Shown here piece by piece: positions 58,545 through 64,000 of a DNA stretch of 64,000 nt; position 1 is the first letter of the stretch; every line of letters starts with the position of its first letter. Source of the stretch: Tepidisphaeraceae bacterium. GTDB lineage: Bacteria; Planctomycetota; Phycisphaerae; Tepidisphaerales; Tepidisphaeraceae. Location: NCBI GenBank assembly GCA_047600945.1, contig JASGKC010000001.1:5337209-5401208 (forward strand), in the 5' to 3' direction. The notes beneath the pieces were generated by a model. It worked only from the letters and a program-made list of their open reading frames with translations. It did not search any database and was not told the DNA's origin. Made by a program: the position numbers and the translations under genes.

Positions 58545-60226
58545 GTGCCGAACGATGACTTCAACAACCTCGTCGCCCTGGTGTCGGCCGTGTTCGGGGT
58601 CGGCGCCGTCATTCTCATTGCAACCGCGTTCCGCAAGCGCCAGCAGCCGCCGAAGCCGCAGCACCCCATCGGAGGCGATCAGTCGGGGCGTCAACTCCGG
58701 TCGATAGCGCCGCCCGCGGGTCGACCCGTCGTCGTCGTTCCGCCGCGCCGGCCAATCCAGCGCATCGAGAAGACGCTCGACCTCACCGCCGCGCAGTTCG
58801 CGCCACTAACCGACGCGCAGGTCCGCGAGCGGGCGAGCACCACGCCGTTCACCGGCTTTTTCACGTTCGGCCGGCGCGATCGCATTCCGTCGCCGGCCGA
58901 CCCGCGCACGAAGCTGATCGACCAGGCAATGGTCGGCCACGGCCTCGTGACGGCCGACGAACTCGTCCGCATCCACGAGATCGGCCAGAAGTACGACGAA
59001 CTCCGGCCCGACTACTCGACCGTACATGCAGTCGCGCAGCAAGCCGTTGAAGCAGATCGCGAGGCCCGCGCGAGATCTGCGCCGAGAAGAAGCTCGCCGC
59101 CGAGCAGCGCAAGCGCGAGCATGCCGAGCGCGTCGCCCGGAATCGCGCAACCGACATCATCCACCTCGGTCGAGGCGTGTCGGCCGGCCTTGCCGACCGC
59201 ACGAGCGACTTCGATAAGCTGCGTGCCGCCGGCCTGCCCGAACTGTCGACGCCCGCCGACCTCGCCGCCGCGTTCGGCCTCCCGATCCCGCGTCTGCGCT
59301 TCCTCGCCTACCACGCCGAGGCCAGCACCGTCAGCCACTACGTGCAGTTCATGGTGCCTAAGAAAAGCGGCGGCGAGCGCCTGCTCAGCGCGCCGCACAA
59401 GCACTTGGCCACGGCGCAGCAGTGGGTGCTTGATGCAATCCTCCGCAAGCTGCCCGTCCACGACGCCGCGCACGGCTTTGTCAACGGTCGATCGATCCTC
59501 ACGAACGCCAAGCCGCACGTCGGCCGCGCGGTCGTCGTCAACTGCGACCTCACCGACTTCTTCCCGTCGATCACCGTGCATCGCGTGATCGGCTTCTTCC
59601 GCCACCTCGGCTACTCGCCGGCCGTCGCGACGGTCTTGGCGCTGCTCGTCACCGAGTGCCCGCGCCGCAAAGCGCGCTTCGCGGGCAAGACCTGGCACAT
59701 CGCGGTCGGCCCGCGCGGGCTGCCGCAAGGCGCGTGCACCAGCCCGGCACTGTCGAACCTGATCGCACGCCGGCTCGACTCGCGCCTCAGCGGCATCACG
59801 CGCAAGCTCGGCTGGACCTACACGCGCTACGCCGACGACCTGACGTTCTCCTGCAACACAGCCACGCCCTCGGTCGGCTACCTGCTGGCGCGCGTCCGGC
59901 ACATCACCGGCGACGAAGGCTTTGCGATCAATGAGAAGAAGACGCGTGTCCTCAAGCGATCGGCGCGACAGGCGGTCACGGGCATCGTCGTGAACGTCGA
60001 GCCGAGCGTGCCGCGGAAGACGCGGCGCCGGCTCCGGGCGATCCTGCATCACGCGAAACACGAAGGCCTTGCCACCCAGCAGCGACCGGGTCGTGCGAAC
60101 ATCACCGGCTGGGCGAACGGCATGACCGGCTTCATCGCGATGGTGAATCCACGGCACGCGCTACCGTTACGCATGGCGCTCGATGCGGTGAAGTCGGATG
60201 ACCGATCCGACGGCCATGTCCCATAG
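58545..60226 (+). CDS. Retron-type reverse transcriptase with ~175-aa N-terminal extension containing a TM helix; frame interrupted by an apparent -1 shift near 59050-59085
   Basis: RT motifs: FMVPKKSGGERLL (motif 1), NCDLTDFFPSIT (2), LPQGACTSPALSNL (4), YTRYADDLTF (YxDD, 5), QAVTGIVVN (VTG region typical of retron RTs). The upstream frame encodes NLVALVSAVFGVGAVILIATAF TM plus a ~150-aa unknown domain that joins the RT frame as ...EADREARA|REICAEKKLAAEQRK... Confidence 0.7.
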
Positions 60227-60279
60227 CCCCGGCGGAATGCACGTCGAATCGGCCAACAGGGATCGGCCGAATTCCCGGC

Positions 60280-60465
60280 CGGGCCGCGAGTTGTCGGCCG
60301 AACGGAGTGCTGACGTGCGATTTTGAAATCGGGGACATTTTGGGACATTCGGGCCACCCCATTCGGCCGGGGCCGGAGGACGCGCATTCAGGTTGCCAAA
60401 GAGCAGACTGCGACCTCGCATCATGACAAGTGGGTGCGGGTGGCCGTCAAGGAAAATCCGTGGTG
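60280..60465 (+). other. Conserved intergenic element, copy 2 (paralog of 11690-11905), immediately downstream of the RT gene
   Basis: Same ordered blocks as copy 1 (CGGCCGAACGGAGTGCTGACGTG; CGGGGACATTTTGGGACATT; TTGCCAAAGAGCA; ATGACAAGTGGGTGCGGGTGGCCGTCAAGG). Confidence 0.4.
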
Positions 60466-60813
60466 TGAGCATCTGCTCGAGGACTTCCGTAAGTCTGTGG
60501 CATGGGCGTCTCGCCCATGGACTCGCGCAGCGAGCACGCGGCGTGAGCCGCGTTCAGCAGAAGGAGAGCATCAAGGTGCTCGCGATTGCCGGTCGCTGGA
60601 TGGTTGTCTTTTGTTGAATCGAGCTGCGCTCGATGCCGGCTGCGCCGGTCCACGGGCGGGGACGCCCGTGCCACGACACACGTGTGGGGCCCCCGTTGGA
60701 TCGATGTGCAACCCAAACAAGATCAGGCGAGTCCCGTACCCAGGGGACTCGCCTGATGAGAAACCTTCCTCCGCATCGTTCGACGTGAACGAATAGGCTG
60801 TGGGGAACGAAGA

Positions 60814-61503
60814 TTACTTGCGGGCCATCTTGCGGCGGGCGCGGTAGGCGACCACCAGGGCGGCCGGGGCGGCGAACACGGCCGCGGGCAGCGGGACGAC
60901 CGCCGTTTCCACGCCGACGTTCGCGACCTTCGCGTCGATCAGGGCCGTCGATTCCGTGCTGTCGGTGTACGCGCTGACCAGCCCGTCGACTTCGACCTTC
61001 ACATTCTTCCAACCGGCCGGCAGGTTGATCGCGGTGCCGCCGTCCCACTTGCCTTCGAGCGAGCTGTGGGTCGCGGCCGGCAGGCCGTTGTAGGTGAAGT
61101 TCGAGCTGAGGACCTGCATCGTGTCGAGGTTCGTGACACGCAGCTGACCCGAGCTGTCGACCTCACCGCGGCCGAGGATGCTGTAGTCGCCCAGCAGGCT
61201 CGACGTGATGCTCTTGATCACGTGGTTCGGCTTGGCGTTGAGGATGACCGAGAGCGTATCGCCGACCTGCTGGCTGAGCGTCTGGCCCTGCGGGGCGACG
61301 GCGCTGAAGTTCGAGGGGAACAGCGCGAAGCCGTTCGGCAGGCCGATGCCGTCGCTGAACTTGCCAGTCTGGCTCTGGCCTTGCTGATAGTCGAACGTCG
61401 GCTGCGAGCCGCTGGGCGAGGCCCAGTCGACCGGGGCGGCAAAGGCCGAGGTCGAAGCACCGATCACGGCGACGGCGGCAAGAAGCGTGCTGCGGAAACT
61501 CAT
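60814..61503 (-). CDS. PEP-CTERM sorting domain protein
   Basis: Signal peptide MSFRSTLLAAVAVIGASTSAFA; C-terminal VPLPAAVFAAPAALVVAYRARRK PEP-CTERM-like anchor; N-terminus resembles the PEP-CTERM protein at 52137-52958. Confidence 0.65.
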   Translation of the reverse strand: MSFRSTLLAAVAVIGASTSAFAAPVDWASPSGSQPTFDYQQGQSQTGKFSDGIGLPNGFALFPSNFSAVAPQGQTLSQQVGDTLSVILNAKPNHVIKSITSSLLGDYSILGRGEVDSSGQLRVTNLDTMQVLSSNFTYNGLPAATHSSLEGKWDGGTAINLPAGWKNVKVEVDGLVSAYTDSTESTALIDAKVANVGVETAVVPLPAAVFAAPAALVVAYRARRKMARK

Positions 61504-61872
61504 TGCGGTTTCTCCGAAAATCCTGCGAGACAGTGGGTACTGGCCTTCGAACGATTCGGACCCGTGTCCGGTCGTCATTGGCGTGGAGTAACCATGCCAC
61601 GCACTGATGCCCCGTGACGGCGGTTCAAGCTGATTTCAGGCGGGAAACGCGCGACTTCACACGTCCGAATTGCCGTGCGCGCCGGCGCGCAGCGCGTGCG
61701 GTTTATGCAGGGGGCGATAACCAAGTGCGTGGCAAACTGGCGCAACCGATTCGACGGCGCCGTCCATGTCGCGCGATCGGGTCCGCCCTGATGGGTCAAG
61801 CGATCGGACGTGCGAAGAATCCGGCGCGCCGCCAGTCGATCGACCACCACCCTGCTCGAACCCATCCTCCCC

Positions 61873-63135
61873 ATGCAGCCGCAGCCGCCCACCATTCTCG
61901 ACGCTCCGCAGCGCAGCACCTTCCGCTCGAACGGGCCCTACTCGCCCGGGCGTTTCATGTTCGCGGTGGGCATCGAGTGCTCGAACCCGCTCATCAACGG
62001 CAACTACCGCGTCGACCAACTCGAACTGACCGGCCACTACAACCTGTGGAAGCGCGACTTGCAGCTTGTGCGGTCACTGGGCGTGCATCACCTGCGGTAC
62101 GGGCCGCCAATCCACCGGTGCTTTCTCGCGCCGAACGTGTACGACTGGGAATTCATGGACCGCGTGATGGCCGAGATGCAGCGGCTGCACATCACGCCGG
62201 TGATCGACCTCGTCCACTTCGGCCTGCCCGACTTCCTGGGCGATTTCCAGAACCCGGACTGGCCCGCGCGGGTGGCCGACTACGCGCACGCGTTCGCGCG
62301 GCGTTATCCGCACGTCAGCTTCTACACGCCGGTGAACGAGATTTACGTGACCGCCCTGTTCAGCACGCTGTTCGGCTGGTGGAACGAGCGGCTGATGTCC
62401 GACGCGGCATTCGTCACCGCGATCAAGCACTGCGTGAAGGCGTCGCAGCTCATCATGCGCGCGATCCTGAACGTCAAGCCCGACGCCACGTTCATCTTCA
62501 GCGAAAGCACTGAGTACGTGCATCCCGGCAGCCCGAACATGGTCAGCCGGGCGTCGTTCATGAACGAACGGCGCTTCCTGTCGCTCGACCTGCTCTTTGG
62601 CCACCAGGTCACGGCGCCGATGTACCGCTACCTGCTGTCGGGCGGCATGAAAGAAGAAGAGTACGACGTCCTGACCAGCCAGCAGGACCTGCGCAGCCAC
62701 TGCATCATGGGGACGGACTACTACATCACCAATGAACACATTGTGAAAGACGACGGCCACACCATGGCCGCGGGCGACGTGTACGGCTACTACGTCATCA
62801 CCCGGCAGTACTACGACCGCTATCGCCTGCCGGTGATGCACACGGAAACCAACCGCACCGCGAAGCTGGCCGTCGAATGGATGTGGAAGGAGTGGATGAA
62901 CCTGCTGCGCCTGCGCGAAGACGGCGTGCCGATCATCGGCTTCACGTGGTATGGCCTGGTCGACATGCTCGACTGGGACAGCGCCCTCACCAAGATGCGA
63001 GGCCACGTGAACAACGTCGGGCTGTTCAACCTGGACCGCCGACCCAGAAAGGTTGCCCGCGAGTTCAAGCGGCTGGTCGAGAGCTACCAGACGCTGCCGA
63101 TCAGCAGCAGTAAGTTCCCGATCCTGACGGCATGA
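61873..63135 (+). CDS. Glycoside hydrolase family 1-like protein
   Basis: (beta/alpha)8 GH1-like motifs incl. LRYGPPIHR, TPVNEI (acid/base NE) and HTETNRT-like nucleophile region; start chosen at ATG 61873. Confidence 0.6.
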   Translation: MQPQPPTILDAPQRSTFRSNGPYSPGRFMFAVGIECSNPLINGNYRVDQLELTGHYNLWKRDLQLVRSLGVHHLRYGPPIHRCFLAPNVYDWEFMDRVMAEMQRLHITPVIDLVHFGLPDFLGDFQNPDWPARVADYAHAFARRYPHVSFYTPVNEIYVTALFSTLFGWWNERLMSDAAFVTAIKHCVKASQLIMRAILNVKPDATFIFSESTEYVHPGSPNMVSRASFMNERRFLSLDLLFGHQVTAPMYRYLLSGGMKEEEYDVLTSQQDLRSHCIMGTDYYITNEHIVKDDGHTMAAGDVYGYYVITRQYYDRYRLPVMHTETNRTAKLAVEWMWKEWMNLLRLREDGVPIIGFTWYGLVDMLDWDSALTKMRGHVNNVGLFNLDRRPRKVAREFKRLVESYQTLPISSSKFPILTA

Positions 63136-63196
63136 AATATGACCACTCGTCACGCCGCGTACTGCCGCCGAACGTCGCTTGCGCCTTCGTGGTGTG

Positions 63197-64000
63197 TTAC
63201 CGCAGCACTTCGATCGCCTCGCGGACGAGGGCCTCCGGCACGTCGTCGCGAATGACCACATGCCCGATTCGGTCAGGCAGGATGAAGCGAAGTTTGCCTT
63301 CGCGGACTTTCTTGTCGGAGAACATCGTGCTGAAGATTTCATCCGCGGAGAACGTCAATCCGCGCACGGGCAGGCCGGCGCGGTCGATCAAGGTCTTCAC
63401 GCGCTGCGCCGAGCTTTCCGGGAACATGCCGAGCCGCACCGCGACATGGTTGGCCGCCACCATGCCGAGCGCGACGCATTCGCCGTGCAGGATGGTGTAG
63501 TTCGACGCCTTCTCGATGCCGTGGCCGAAGGTGTGGCCGAAGTTCAGGTGGGCGCGGATGCCGTGTTCGTACGGGTCCTGCTCGACGACGCGGGCCTTGA
63601 TCATCACGTTGTGGGCGACAAGTTGCTGGAGGGCTTCGCTCTCAAGCGCGAGCACGCGGTCGAGCGTTTTTTCCAGCCGGTTGAAGCCGTCGCCGTCGGC
63701 GATCACCTCGTGCTTGATGCACTCGGCCAGGCCCGAGCGGAATTCGCGTTGCGGCAGCGTCTTGAGCGAATCGGTGTCGGCCAGAACCGCGATCGGCTGG
63801 TGAAACGCGCCGATCAGATTCTTGCCTGCGGCGTGGTTCACGCCGGTCTTGCCGCCCACGGAGGCGTCGACCATCGACAGCAGCGTCGTGGGCATCTGGA
63901 TGAATGGCACGCCACGCAAAATGCTGGCCGCCGCGAAGCCGGTCATGTCGCCGATGACGCCGCCGCCCAGGGCAACGATCGGCGTCGTCCGCTCGACCTT
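63197..64000 (-). CDS. aroB: 3-dehydroquinate synthase (N-terminus outside window)
   Basis: DHQS motifs GGKTGVN, FGHTFGHGIE, HGECVALGM; ORF continues past position 64000. Confidence 0.9.
   Translation of the reverse strand, partial: KVERTTPIVALGGGVIGDMTGFAAASILRGVPFIQMPTTLLSMVDASVGGKTGVNHAAGKNLIGAFHQPIAVLADTDSLKTLPQREFRSGLAECIKHEVIADGDGFNRLEKTLDRVLALESEALQQLVAHNVMIKARVVEQDPYEHGIRAHLNFGHTFGHGIEKASNYTILHGECVALGMVAANHVAVRLGMFPESSAQRVKTLIDRAGLPVRGLTFSADEIFSTMFSDKKVREGKLRFILPDRIGHVVIRDDVPEALVREAIEVLR

Noticed and set aside
59026-59217. Third-frame 63-aa ORF inside the RT N-terminal region
   Set aside because: Arg-rich junk composition; overlaps two better-supported frames.
1-64000. CRISPR arrays, rRNA genes, transposases, integrases, prophage structural genes
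   Set aside because: Looked for regularly spaced direct repeats with unique spacers, rRNA-like conserved stretches, and DDE/tyrosine-recombinase motifs in ORF translations. None found; the only tandem arrays are the in-frame 12-bp coding repeat at 22255-22395 and short AT-rich units at gene ends.

Overview
GC-rich (~63-65%) bacterial chromosomal segment. Gene content suggests Planctomycetota (PEP-CTERM proteins, giant beta-helix/Ca-binding adhesin-like protein, eukaryotic-like Ser/Thr kinase, many secreted hydrolases), but I cannot confirm the taxon from sequence alone. About 55 protein-coding genes and one tRNA-Glu(UUC) are supported; no rRNA, CRISPR array, transposase or integrase is visible. 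Most genes are housekeeping or envelope functions: galE, yidD, serA, citrate synthase, murQ, hslV, trpG/pabA, aroB, rnd, moaB, crcB, amt, a flotillin/NfeD pair, several glycoside hydrolases and a two-component/phosphorelay set. The most unusual locus is at 54.9-60.5 kb. It holds a translationally coupled HEAT-like/SWIM zinc-finger gene pair, then a ~300-nt non-coding region with 23-nt flanking inverted repeats and a perfect 24-bp hairpin, then a retron-type reverse transcriptase carrying an unusual ~175-aa N-terminal transmembrane extension. I interpret this as a candidate retron-like (msr/msd-like RNA + RT) module. Other structure: three copies of a MITE-like inverted-repeat element (CACAGAG arms), two inversely oriented palindromic GGGTGCCACGG elements, and a ~190-bp conserved intergenic element in two copies containing GGGACATT direct repeats at 10-bp phase. 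Caveat: at least six genes (amt, PAS-REC sensor, PEP-CTERM protein, HEAT-like protein, the RT and possibly the HEAT N-terminus) show reading-frame breaks, and all are -1 shifts. This pattern fits systematic single-base deletion errors in the assembly better than true pseudogenes. Many long ORFs in the six-frame track are antisense GC artefacts and were not called.
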